A DNA stretch of 22,339 bases, taken from Candidatus Eiseniibacteriota bacterium (GTDB lineage: Bacteria > Eisenbacteria > RBG-16-71-46 > DASYSL01). The notes under the pieces are model-generated. The model did not search any database and had not been told where the DNA came from. It saw nothing but the letters and a program-made list of their open reading frames with translations. Every line of letters starts with the position of its first letter. Position 1 is the first letter of the stretch. Shown here piece after piece: positions 1 to 8,549 of this stretch. The position numbers and the translations under genes are program-made. The stretch spans positions 1 through 22,339 of the forward strand of contig JANPEF010000060.1 of the NCBI GenBank assembly GCA_031431875.1, read 5' to 3'.

Positions 1-3000
1 CGCGGCTGCGCTCACGGTCCGACCTTCGGTCCAGCAGGCATCGTAGAAGGCACGCGACCAGCGAACCGCCTCCTGATCATGGATCGGCCAGAGCCCGAGA
101 ACGACCGTCCCGGCTCCCGCGCGCTCCAGGGAGCGACGCAAGCCGAAGACGCCCTGTCCGGCGACGTAGTCGCCACGACCCGTGTCGCAACCGGTCAGGA
201 TGATCGCGCGGGCGGACGAGAGGTCGAGGGCGGCGAGTTCGTCCGCCGTCAGGATGCCATCGGCGTCCGGAGGCAGCGCGGTCGACCGCGTATTCGCGCC
301 GGCGAGGGCGATGCCGGAGAAGAATAGGGGGTGTAGCTCCGCCTCTGCGGCGGCAGTCGGCCCGAGTTCGCCACGGCCGGTGGCCGCCTTCCCTCTGCAC
401 GCCGGATCGATGTAGAAACCGTGCGTCGCCGCGTGGATCCACTCCGAGCCCTCTGCCGCACGGCGGAATCCGGACTCATCCGCATCCTCACCGGTGAGGT
501 GAACGATCGTGGGCTTGCGCGCCAGGGCCCGGGCGCGGGTGACGACATCGAGGGCCTCCATCCGGGACGCCGGCAGATTCGCGAACTCGATCCGTCCCGG
601 GTCGAGGCAGTCGGACGAAGCGCGCGCCTGCGACTCGAATGCGCTCCGGATTTCGGCGGCGGCTGTCGCTCCGGTGGGGCTCGCGCGCTTGAAGTCGACT
701 CCTCCGACAACGAGGAGCGATCCCGGAGACAAGGCGCCCTGGCGGGGCCTTAGCAGATCGGACTCCGTGGACAGCAACACGATCTCGAGTTCCCGATCGA
801 GAAGTCGCGTCTCCCCTGCACCCGGGAGCGCGTACCACGGGACCTCATGCAGCGCGCCATCGGCGACGAGCAGCACCCGGCTCCCGCCAGCGACTGCCTC
901 CGCAATCGGATCCCAGACGAGCCGCCGCACGTTCGTGCCGAGCCTGCGTTCCTCCTCTGCCGACCCCTTCGCATCGCGCAGGGCTCGGTGCCACGCCGCG
1001 ATCGCGGCCTCGATCGGTTCGGCACTCCCGAGGTCGACGAGCTCGATCGCCCGCTTCGTTCCAGTTTCCGTGGGCGGCGCGAGGAACGCGAGGTAGCGAG
1101 GGGCAGAGGCGCGCCGCCCGAGATCGCTTCCCACGAGCGAGGCATCGTTCCAGCGGACGAACCCGACGAGTGCTTCGTGCGAGGGCACGGACCGCAACAA
1201 GCTGTCCACCGCCGGCTCGGCGCGGGCAAACAGGTCGCGGTAGCGCGATCCCTCGTGGGCGAGCTCGACCTCGAGCTGCTCGGCCTCCCGGACCGCCTCG
1301 GCGATCTGTCGTGACACGGTCGAGTCCGGTTCGCGCGCCGAAGGGTGGTAGAGCAGGTTGGCGATGCGCCTCCGAGCCGCGAAACACGCCTCGGCCCGGG
1401 ATCCGAGGTCGGGATCCCTGACCGCGCGACCCATGCGCTGACGAGATGCGAACTCGTCGAGCACGAGGGCACGCATGCGGACCACCGCATTCCACGCGTC
1501 GATGGAGCGAGCTTCGTCCGGGCGGGCGCGCACGGCGAGCGAAAGAGCAAGGTCCAGCGGATCGGACGATTCGCCGACGTAGGCCAGGGCCTGTCGCTCG
1601 GAGAGATAGCGAAGCGTGGCGATCACGGAATGTCGCTCGATCTCGAGCGACTCGAGGGCGAGCCCGAATGCGGTCGTCGAGTCGGCCTGATCGGCGGCGA
1701 TCTGGGCCAGGTACTTGCGTGTCGAGGCGGCGAGCGGTCCGCCGGTCGCACGCGCGTCGGCGATCGTCCGCGCGACTTCGAGATCGGCCCGGGCGCCGGC
1801 CGTGTCACCCAGCGCGAGCCTCGTCAGCCCGCGATGCAGCCACGACTTCGGACTCGCCTCGGCCACGCCACGCTTCTCCCGGAGCGCGATGGCCTGATCG
1901 AGCAGGCTCAGCGCGGAGTCGAGCTGGCCGTCCATCCGCGCGACGAGGCCCAGGTTCTCGAGCAGCGCCTCTTCTCCATCGGTCGACGGGAATCGACCAA
2001 GTCGGGCTAGGGCGAGCCCCTGCTCGAACTTGACCCGGGCTTCGGCCGGCCGGCCGATGCGACGCAGGCACTCCCCGTAGTTGGAAAGTGCGTTGCGAAG
2101 AACCAGCGTGTCGGGAGATGCGAGTGAGCGCAGGATCCGTTCCGCCTCCCGGTGCTCGCTGAGCGAGCGGTCGTAGTCCCGCAACTCGGAGAGAACGAGA
2201 CCGAGTTCTCCGTGACAGTAAGCGAGCATCCCCGAGTCCGGCTTCGCGGCGCTCCCGACCTCGGAAAGGACGACCTCGTAAGTGCGGGCGGACTGGTGAT
2301 ACTCGCCGGCATGGGCGGCCGCCACGGCGAGAGCCTGGTGCGCGCGAAGCCGATTGGGGTGGTGCATCGGCAGCGCCTGCGAGAAGATCCCATGCGCGGC
2401 CTCGGCATCCTCGAGCGCACCGTCGTAGTCGCCGCGATTCAACCGTACGAGGGCCCGGTTGTTGAGCACGATCGCGATGTCCGGATGATCCGGCGGCAGT
2501 CGCATGCGGCGGATCCGGAGCGCCTCGGAAGCGTCGGCTTCGGCAATCGTCAATCGCCCGGTCTGGCGGGCGTACGTTCCGGCGAGGACCAGTGCCGCAG
2601 CCACCTGCAGGTGATCGGGTCCGAGCGCCGCACGCCGCAGGGCGACAGCGGAATCCGCCAGGGACAGGGCGTCAGGGACTCGCCGCAAGTAGCGGGCCGT
2701 GTACCGTGCGAGGTTGAGTCGTGCGGTGGCGGCCTCGAGACTGGTCGGTCCGTGCAGCCGATCCGCCAGCTCGACGGTGCGGCGGGCCTGGACCGTCGTC
2801 GCGGAGTCCGCCCGGCAACCGCCGCGCCCGATCACCTCGACATAGCTCTGGAGGAGTTCGAGGTGAGCCGGCGTATCGCGGGCGGACGAGGCATCGCTTG
2901 CCGCGAATGCCGGAGCGATCGCCTCGCAGGCAAGGGACAGGTTCCCGGCAGCGATCAGGGAGTCGACCGACGCGAGGAGCGCGGCGTGCGGTGTCTCGAG

Positions 3001-3096
3001 CGACGGGGGCGCTGCTGCTGCCTGCGGAACAGGACAAAGGATCATTGCGGTCAACAGTGCGAGGAGGACGAAGCGGGGGGAGTGGGCACCGGGCAC
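1..3096 (-). CDS. Secreted TPR-CHAT (caspase HetF-associated) protease, CHAT1; 3' end runs off the window
   Basis: Missing from the ORF track, apparently because its stop lies outside the window. Manual translation: GTG at 3096 after GGAGG (3105-3109); signal-peptide-like VPGAHSPRFVLLALLTAMILCPVPQAAAA; TPR-like helices (e.g. VLNNRALVRLNRGDYDGALEDAEAA); CHAT motifs LLVVGGVDF, WIHAATHGFY (His 421-423), DGILTADELAALDL, IILTGCDTG (Cys 187-189), VVLGLWPI. The track lists no competing ORF in this frame. Confidence 0.9.
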   Translation of the reverse strand, partial: MPGAHSPRFVLLALLTAMILCPVPQAAAAPPSLETPHAALLASVDSLIAAGNLSLACEAIAPAFAASDASSARDTPAHLELLQSYVEVIGRGGCRADSATTVQARRTVELADRLHGPTSLEAATARLNLARYTARYLRRVPDALSLADSAVALRRAALGPDHLQVAAALVLAGTYARQTGRLTIAEADASEALRIRRMRLPPDHPDIAIVLNNRALVRLNRGDYDGALEDAEAAHGIFSQALPMHHPNRLRAHQALAVAAAHAGEYHQSARTYEVVLSEVGSAAKPDSGMLAYCHGELGLVLSELRDYDRSLSEHREAERILRSLASPDTLVLRNALSNYGECLRRIGRPAEARVKFEQGLALARLGRFPSTDGEEALLENLGLVARMDGQLDSALSLLDQAIALREKRGVAEASPKSWLHRGLTRLALGDTAGARADLEVARTIADARATGGPLAASTRKYLAQIAADQADSTTAFGLALESLEIERHSVIATLRYLSERQALAYVGESSDPLDLALSLAVRARPDEARSIDAWNAVVRMRALVLDEFASRQRMGRAVRDPDLGSRAEACFAARRRIANLLYHPSAREPDSTVSRQIAEAVREAEQLEVELAHEGSRYRDLFARAEPAVDSLLRSVPSHEALVGFVRWNDASLVGSDLGRRASAPRYLAFLAPPTETGTKRAIELVDLGSAEPIEAAIAAWHRALRDAKGSAEEERRLGTNVRRLVWDPIAEAVAGGSRVLLVADGALHEVPWYALPGAGETRLLDRELEIVLLSTESDLLRPRQGALSPGSLLVVGGVDFKRASPTGATAAAEIRSAFESQARASSDCLDPGRIEFANLPASRMEALDVVTRARALARKPTIVHLTGEDADESGFRRAAEGSEWIHAATHGFYIDPACRGKAATGRGELGPTAAAEAELHPLFFSGIALAGANTRSTALPPDADGILTADELAALDLSSARAIILTGCDTGRGDYVAGQGVFGLRRSLERAGAGTVVLGLWPIHDQEAVRWSRAFYDACWTEGRTVSAAA

Positions 3097-3145
3097 GAGG
3101 ACTACCTCCGGGCACAGGGAAGTCGAGCTCGGGGGGCGCGCCGGA

Positions 3146-3154
3146 AGTCTACCA
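3146..3154 (-). promoter_or_regulatory. Putative extended -10 promoter (TG-G-TAGACT) for CHAT1
   Basis: Minus strand reads TGGTAGACT about 50 nt upstream of the CHAT1 start. Confidence 0.4.
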
Positions 3155-3184
3155 CTCTCCGGCCCGGGACAGCGCGCAGGTCGT

Positions 3185-3576
3185 CTACCGGTCGCTCGCG
3201 GTGCGCCGAAACGCCGAGCGCGCGATGCCGAACAGCCGACAGGCCTGCCGTTCGCTCACTCCGGCGCTTCGTGTTGCCCATCGGACGGCGGCTCGCCGGG
3301 TCGCCACCGTCGCCAGGGTTTTCCCATGGCTTCTCGCAGGAGCTCGAGATCGCGCTCGAGCGCGCGCAGACTTCGCTCCAGCTCTTCGATCCGCGACTCC
3401 GCCTCACGCATGCGCCGGATCGTCGCCGCATCGAGCTTGCCGAACTTTCGCGCCCAGTGCTGGTAGGTGCGCAGTGGCACGCCGTGGCGCGCGAGGACGG
3501 CCGCGATAGGCTCGCGCCCCGCCGCCTCGCGCAGGACGGTCGCAACCAGATCGTCTTCGTGGATGGTCCTGGACAC
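3185..3576 (-). mobile_element. IS3-family remnant: OrfA plus -1 frameshift site plus the first 44 codons of OrfB, with no DDE domain
   Basis: Slippery G_GGA_AAA at 3319-3325. The -1 frame reads TLATVATRRAAVRWATRSAGVSERQACRLFGIARSAFRRTASDR* (TAG 3185-3187), matching the IS3 OrfB N-terminus (S-E-R-x-A-C pattern). No clear terminal inverted repeats were found. Confidence 0.75.
3256..3576 (-). CDS. IS3-family transposase OrfA-like HTH/coiled-coil protein (106 aa)
   Basis: GTG at 3576 after GGGAGG. VLREAAGREPIAAVLARHGVPLRTYQHWARKFG followed by the zipper RMREAESRIEELERSLRALERDLELLREAMGK is typical of IS3 OrfA (HTH_Tnp_1-like). Confidence 0.8.
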   Translation of the reverse strand: MSRTIHEDDLVATVLREAAGREPIAAVLARHGVPLRTYQHWARKFGKLDAATIRRMREAESRIEELERSLRALERDLELLREAMGKPWRRWRPGEPPSDGQHEAPE

Positions 3577-3583
3577 TGCGGCC

Positions 3584-3669
3584 CTCCCCCCGTCATGAGT
3601 CGTTCGCCGTTTCCGGCGCACGTCGACCAATGGTGTGACGCAGCCGGACACGGCGAATCACGGGGGGAG
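3584..3669 (-). promoter_or_regulatory. Long leader stem-loop overlapping the Shine-Dalgarno sequence of the OrfA-like gene
   Basis: Nested inverted repeats: CTCCCCCCGT/ACGGGGGGAG (3584-3593/3660-3669), TTCGCCGT/ACGGCGAA (3603-3610/3650-3657), TCCGGC/GCCGGA (3612-3617/3643-3648), CGTC/GACG. Confidence 0.6.
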
Positions 3670-3737
3670 TAATCTTTTCTCGCCGTGCGGCGGACCGCAA
3701 GGCGGGACTGCATCTTGGTGTACGGGGGAGGACGCGA

Positions 3738-3766
3738 AGTATAGGGTGCTCCCGTCAGAGCCGCAA
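3738..3766 (-). promoter_or_regulatory. Sigma70-type promoter TTGCGG-N17-TATACT
   Basis: -35 at 3761-3766 and -10 at 3738-3743 with a 17-nt spacer; points toward the OrfA-like gene. Confidence 0.55.
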
Positions 3767-3804
3767 CATGCGTTTCGGGCAGCCGGTGGGGTCAGAGTTC
3801 CGTA

Positions 3805-3832
3805 GGGCCCGGCGGCAACGGCCACCGGGCCC
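3805..3832 (-). terminator. GC-rich hairpin downstream of the beta-helix lipoprotein gene
   Basis: GGGCCCGGTGGC-cgtt-GCCGCCGGGCCC on the minus strand; no clear U-tract. Confidence 0.4.
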
Positions 3833-3865
3833 ACGCGAAGCAACGCCTCCCGAGTTGGATGGCTC

Positions 3866-4951
3866 CTAGGTGCACGGTTCCGTATTGATGTCGATCTGGT
3901 TTCCGCGGATGACCGAGTTGTCGTTCCCGCAGTCCTTGATGCGCAGTGTGGACTCGGAGCCCGTGCGCACGGTGTTCAGGAAGCTGGCCGGCGTGAGGAA
4001 GCCGAAGCGATACGAGTCGCCGACGAGGTCGATGTCGTAGGTGCCGTTGTTCCCGGCGGTATTCTCGACCAGCATGTTCTTGTTTGAGCCGTCGATCACG
4101 AGATAGCCCGCATCGAAGTTGTCTCGCGCGTCGTTGCGCTTGCAAATCCAGTTCGTCGCGGAGAACTCGGCGCCGACTGCTTCGCCACCTGGCAGGATCG
4201 TGCTGGCGGCGGGCACCTTGCAGAAGATGATGCCGATGAAGCCGTCGTGGACGCGATTGCCCTGCAGCGTCCCGTCCTTGTCGCAAGCCCAGATGTTGAA
4301 CAGCCCGTTCGACACGTCGTTGTTGGTGATCCGTGCTCTCTCGCCGTTGATCACGACGATGCCGTACGCCTCGGGGATCTGGCCGGTCTGCCACGCCGTG
4401 CTGGTGGCGATCTGATTGCCGTCGATCCACGCCCGCTCGCCCTCGTGAACAAGCACACCGTACTGGTACTCCCGAATCTTGTTGTTGCGCACGACCGTGT
4501 TGGGCGAGTCCTCGATGATGATCGCGGCTCCGCCGATCCCGCCGGCGGGCAGGAGCTCGAGTCCGGCGATCACGACTCCGCCCGCGCCCTTCACGTGCAA
4601 GGCGGTCTCGATGGCGTTGGCGTAATCGACGAGCGGACTGATGGTCGACGTGATCACCGCGCCCGCCTGGCCCTCAATCGTCACCGGTTGGGTGATGAGA
4701 ACCCGCCCCGATTCGGTGTGGTTGCCGGCGGCGACGATCACCTTGCCGCCCGGGCCGGCCGCAGCGAGCGCGGCGGCGAGGCCGTCGGCGGAGCCGGCCG
4801 GAAGCGTCACGACGACCTGCGCGGCGATGGTGGCGCCGCCCGCTCCGGAGAGCTCGGCGAGCGGCTGGGTGGTGAGAGAGTTGTTCTTGCTGCAGCCCGT
4901 GAGCACGATCACGGCCAGGGCGAGCACGGACAGGCGGGTACGAGCGGACAT
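3866..4951 (-). CDS. Right-handed parallel beta-helix lipoprotein (NosD/pectate-lyase-like fold)
   Basis: ATG after GAGGAGG; lipobox VLTG/C; N-terminal LAAALAAAGPGGKVIVAAGNH and ITQPVTIEG; repeated Asn-ladder strands (VVRNNKI, IDGNQI, ITNNDV, LQGNRV, LVENTA). Confidence 0.85.
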   Translation of the reverse strand: MSARTRLSVLALAVIVLTGCSKNNSLTTQPLAELSGAGGATIAAQVVVTLPAGSADGLAAALAAAGPGGKVIVAAGNHTESGRVLITQPVTIEGQAGAVITSTISPLVDYANAIETALHVKGAGGVVIAGLELLPAGGIGGAAIIIEDSPNTVVRNNKIREYQYGVLVHEGERAWIDGNQIATSTAWQTGQIPEAYGIVVINGERARITNNDVSNGLFNIWACDKDGTLQGNRVHDGFIGIIFCKVPAASTILPGGEAVGAEFSATNWICKRNDARDNFDAGYLVIDGSNKNMLVENTAGNNGTYDIDLVGDSYRFGFLTPASFLNTVRTGSESTLRIKDCGNDNSVIRGNQIDINTEPCT

Positions 4952-5180
4952 TGCGTCACCTCCTCGGTCAACGGCAGGGGACCTCCCATGCCTGATCCAT
5001 CCGCCGAGGGTGGTGACTGTGACGCGAGTTCTGATGGCGTGACCGAAGACTGGCCGTCACAGATGCGGCGGGCTCGGGATGTTGCATGGGAGGGCCTCCC
5101 GCCGAGCCACGGCGCCCCTCCCACGGCCGCCACCCCCCGCAGTGCCCCGGCAGGTCCGACTCCATCCACCCGAGGAAGCC

Positions 5181-8100
5181 ATGCGCAGACTTCTCCTCCC
5201 AACGCTCGTGCTCATCGCCTTCGCCTCCGCTCCCGCGGCGGCCCAGAGTCCCGTGGTGCTCTCGGACGAGTTCAACGACGGTGTGTTCGCGCCTTTCTGG
5301 ATCGCCACGGCACTCTCCTGCGGCTCGCCGATCGAGAGCGGGGGTCAGCTCGTGATGAACAAGACGGCTTCGTGCGCAGGAGGACTCCAGGTCGCGTCGG
5401 ACCCGGGGGCGTCGCGCATCCGCGGCGACTTCGACGCCGTGGTCGACTTCGATCTCCCGTCGTTCAACCTGAGCGGGGCGCTCCGGGTGGCGTCCTTCGC
5501 GTTCCGTACCGTGGATGACGTCCACACGGCCGTCATCGAGCGATACAACCGCCAGACCGGGGACGGAGCACCCAACGCCTTCAACTACAAGGGTTGGATC
5601 GACGTCTCGCTCAACAGCAGCCCGGCTGTCGCATGGGCCGCGACGACGCACACGACGGGCAAGTTCAGGGTCGTGCGCACGGGAGGCACTGTCACGATGT
5701 CCTACTGGAGCGGGATGGCCTGGGTGACCCTGAAGACCGGAGCATTCCCGACCGATGACGTGTACCTGCTCCTGACGACCTCGAGCGGGACCTTCGTGAA
5801 CGGAGCGTGGACCGCACGGTGGGACAACCTCTCCGTTACGGCATCGGAGACGGTGCCCGCACAAGCCGTCTACCTTGCCGACGACTTCGAGAACGGCGTG
5901 CTCGACACGCCACTCCACCCATTCACCGGGTGCGGCACGGTCACCGAGTCGGCCGGCAAGCTGCGCCTGGCAAACAACACTCTCTGTGCGGGCGGGGTGT
6001 CTGCGCGCGCGAGCAAGAGCGAGCTTCGCCTCTGCGGTGACTTCGACCTCTCCGTCGATCTGCGCAAGGTCGTGATGGGCACGCCCTCGACAGGGGGCTG
6101 GTTCTACACCGGAATCAGCCTCGGAGACACGACGTTCGTGCTCAACGGCAACCGAGCTGCCATCGAGTGGCACAATCGCTACGCAAACGGCGACTGCATG
6201 TTCACCTCTGCCGTGAAGTCCTGGGTCGGGAATCCAGCCAACTGTGTCTCGAGCGTCCGGGCGACGAACGCGACCGCCGTCCGCTTCCGCGTCCAACGCG
6301 TCGGATCGCGGCTGCGCATGTACCAGAGCCAGGGTGTCGCGTGGGTGCTGGAGCGCGTGTCCAACTTCACGACCCAACCGGTGCTGTTCGAGCTCTTTGC
6401 CGGCTCAGGGACGAGTGGGAATGCGATCGTCATCGACTTCGACAACCTGGAGGCGCGCGGCCACGCCGAGGACGAGGGCGCTCCCGTGCTCGTCATCCTG
6501 CCGGATGGGTCGTATGCCTGCCCGTCGGACGTGCCGCCGTTCTCGCCCGCCGACGCCAGTGCGAGCGGTGCGCCCGAAAACGGAGCGCTCACCATCACCG
6601 CCGAGGAGAGCGTCACGGGCGGTGCGGGGAGCGCGAGCGATCCAAGTTTCCTGCAGCGTACGTTTACCGTCAGGGACCAGTGTGCGCACTCGATCTCCGC
6701 GACCCAGACAATCACGGTCGCCGACGGCGAGGCCCCGGCGCTAACGCCGCCCGCCGCGATCACGATCGCGCCAGGGCCGGGAATCAGCGGCTGTGCGACG
6801 ACGATCGCGCTCGCGGGCCTGGGGAGTCCCGCCGTGTCGGACAACTGCGGATCGCCCACGGTCGTCGTCAGCGGCAGGCCGCCGGACGACCTGTACCCCG
6901 AGGGCGTGACGACACTCACCTGGACCGCGACCGATGCGGTCGGAAACGTCACGACTGCGGAGCAGACGGTGAGCATCGCCTGTCCGCGCGGCAGGGTGGC
7001 TGGGACCGTGCTGCGCGAGTGCAACGGGACGACCGTGCCGGTCGAGGGTCTGGCCGTCGAGCTTCTCCACGCGGGCGACGTGCTCGCGACGACCGCGACG
7101 GCGTCGACCGGCGAGTACGCGTTCGAGGAAGTTCGCCTGGCGACCTACACCGTTCGCGTCGGCGTCGTGCCCGGCTACGCGGTCGACATCGACACCCGGC
7201 TGATCGCTCTTGAGACCGGAGCCGAGAACACCACGCTCGCGCTCGAGCCCTTCACGTACACATGCTTGCTCGCGGATGTCGCGGGCGCGGTGACCGCCAC
7301 CTGTCATGCCGCATCGACACCGGCGGCGGGAGCCACCATCGACCTGTACCGGGAGAACGAGCTGGCCCAGCAGATCCTGGTCGCGACCACGTCGACCGAC
7401 GTCGCGGGCGCCTACCGCTTCGACGACATTGCGCTCGGAACGTACGAGGTCGCCATCGTGGCGCCCCTCGGCTACGTGGCCACGCCGGCCGCGCAGGATG
7501 TCGTCCTCGCGACGCCCGATGGCCTCGTTGCGGCGCTGGGGATCGAGCTCGTCTGCCAGCCGATCGCCGCCCAGCCGCGCAGCATGGCCTACTGGAAGCA
7601 CCAGGTGAACGTCTATCTCACCGGGAAGGGGCATGCGCAGGAGTCACTCGCCGACCTCCTGTCCTACATCGACCTGATCGTCGAGCGCTTCAACGAGAAC
7701 CCGCTCAATCCGATCGCGCTGTATGACGCGGGCGCGGCGGGAACGGAGGACCGTCTGCGCGAGCTGCAGCGACTGCTCACGGTCAACCGCGGCGGCAACA
7801 AGAACCTCCGGGCGCGGCAGCACCTGCTCGGGCTCCTGCTCAACGTCGTCTCGCTCAGGATCTCGCAGGGCGAGGTGATCTCGGCCGACGGCGCCACCGT
7901 CTCGCAGGCGATCACCCACTGTTACACGATGGTCGCCGATGATCTCGGCTCGAACGACCAGACGGCGCAGGCGATCGCCGAGGCGATCAATGCGGGCGAG
8001 CAGGTCGCCGCGGGCCTCATCCCGCTGACGACGGCGAACATCACGTACCGCAATCCGCTCGGCGTGATCGCGCCCGCCGCGGGGTCGCTCGTGTTCGCAT

Positions 8101-8354
8101 TCGACGGCGTGCGGCCGAATCCGTCGCGGGGGGCAATCACCCTCGCGTTCACGCTTGACCAGGACGAGGCGGCCCGCGCGGAAGTCTTCGATGTCGTCGG
8201 GCGGCGGGTCGCCGAGCACATGTGGCGGGAACTCGGGGCCGGGCGGCATGCGGTGGCCCTGCCCGGTCAGGCCGAACTCGGTGCGGGGGTGTATACGGTG
8301 CGCCTGACCCACGGAGAAAGGGCGCTTTCGGCGCGGTTTATCCGGATGCGGTAG
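5181..8354 (+). CDS. Large secreted multidomain protein: two lectin-like beta-sandwich repeats, HYR/Ig-like domain, two carboxypeptidase-regulatory/SdrD-B-like domains, a helical domain and a C-terminal T9SS-A/FlgD-Ig-like sorting domain
   Basis: ATG 5181 after GAGGA; signal peptide MRRLLLPTLVLIAFASAPAAAQ; paired motifs LSDEFNDG/LADDFENG, GDFDAVVDF/GDFDLSVDL, WDNL/FDNL; SDNCG...YPEGVTTLTWTATDAVGN (HYR-like); TASTGEYAF/TDVAGAYRF; C-terminal GVRPNPSRG...VFDVVGRRV...GVYTVRL. Confidence 0.85.
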   Translation: MRRLLLPTLVLIAFASAPAAAQSPVVLSDEFNDGVFAPFWIATALSCGSPIESGGQLVMNKTASCAGGLQVASDPGASRIRGDFDAVVDFDLPSFNLSGALRVASFAFRTVDDVHTAVIERYNRQTGDGAPNAFNYKGWIDVSLNSSPAVAWAATTHTTGKFRVVRTGGTVTMSYWSGMAWVTLKTGAFPTDDVYLLLTTSSGTFVNGAWTARWDNLSVTASETVPAQAVYLADDFENGVLDTPLHPFTGCGTVTESAGKLRLANNTLCAGGVSARASKSELRLCGDFDLSVDLRKVVMGTPSTGGWFYTGISLGDTTFVLNGNRAAIEWHNRYANGDCMFTSAVKSWVGNPANCVSSVRATNATAVRFRVQRVGSRLRMYQSQGVAWVLERVSNFTTQPVLFELFAGSGTSGNAIVIDFDNLEARGHAEDEGAPVLVILPDGSYACPSDVPPFSPADASASGAPENGALTITAEESVTGGAGSASDPSFLQRTFTVRDQCAHSISATQTITVADGEAPALTPPAAITIAPGPGISGCATTIALAGLGSPAVSDNCGSPTVVVSGRPPDDLYPEGVTTLTWTATDAVGNVTTAEQTVSIACPRGRVAGTVLRECNGTTVPVEGLAVELLHAGDVLATTATASTGEYAFEEVRLATYTVRVGVVPGYAVDIDTRLIALETGAENTTLALEPFTYTCLLADVAGAVTATCHAASTPAAGATIDLYRENELAQQILVATTSTDVAGAYRFDDIALGTYEVAIVAPLGYVATPAAQDVVLATPDGLVAALGIELVCQPIAAQPRSMAYWKHQVNVYLTGKGHAQESLADLLSYIDLIVERFNENPLNPIALYDAGAAGTEDRLRELQRLLTVNRGGNKNLRARQHLLGLLLNVVSLRISQGEVISADGATVSQAITHCYTMVADDLGSNDQTAQAIAEAINAGEQVAAGLIPLTTANITYRNPLGVIAPAAGSLVFAFDGVRPNPSRGAITLAFTLDQDEAARAEVFDVVGRRVAEHMWRELGAGRHAVALPGQAELGAGVYTVRLTHGERALSARFIRMR

Positions 8355-8406
8355 CGCCACGCGGGGCTCGCTCCCCGCAGGGATGTGGCAATTCAGAATC
8401 GCGGCG

Positions 8407-8453
8407 CGCGGCTCCACCCCGGTGGGGCCGCGTGTTCGCGTGTTTCGTTGTTT
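8407..8453 (+). terminator. Probable intrinsic terminator
   Basis: 11-bp stem CGCGGCTCCAC-cccg-GTGGGGCCGCG (one G-U pair) followed by T-rich TGTTCGCGTGTTTCGTTGTTT. Confidence 0.55.
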
Positions 8454-8480
8454 GCGGAGTTGGCTGCAGCGCGCTATCGT
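8452..8480 (+). promoter_or_regulatory. Sigma70-type promoter TTGCGG-N17-TATCGT for the CHAT2-CHAT3 operon
   Basis: -35 at 8452-8457, -10 at 8475-8480, 17-nt spacer. Confidence 0.5.
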
Positions 8481-8549
8481 TGGCGGTCCCCCCGATGTCC
8501 GAGCCGGCGCGCCGAGACCTCCCGTCCGCGCGCGGCCCATCGTCCGAGA

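Noticed and set aside
3640..3662. TGATTCGCC... as an IS3 left inverted repeat
   Set aside because: No matching right-end repeat or target duplication was found; the sequence is better explained as part of the leader hairpin.
2152..3672. 506-aa plus-strand ORF and other plus-strand ORFs over 1-3100
   Set aside because: Antisense shadows of CHAT1 and the IS3-like gene; Arg/Gly-rich with no recognisable motifs, typical of high-GC DNA.
8385..8549. N-terminal extension of CHAT2 in the ORF track
   Set aside because: It spans a terminator-like hairpin and a sigma70-like promoter; the signal peptide begins at about 8550.
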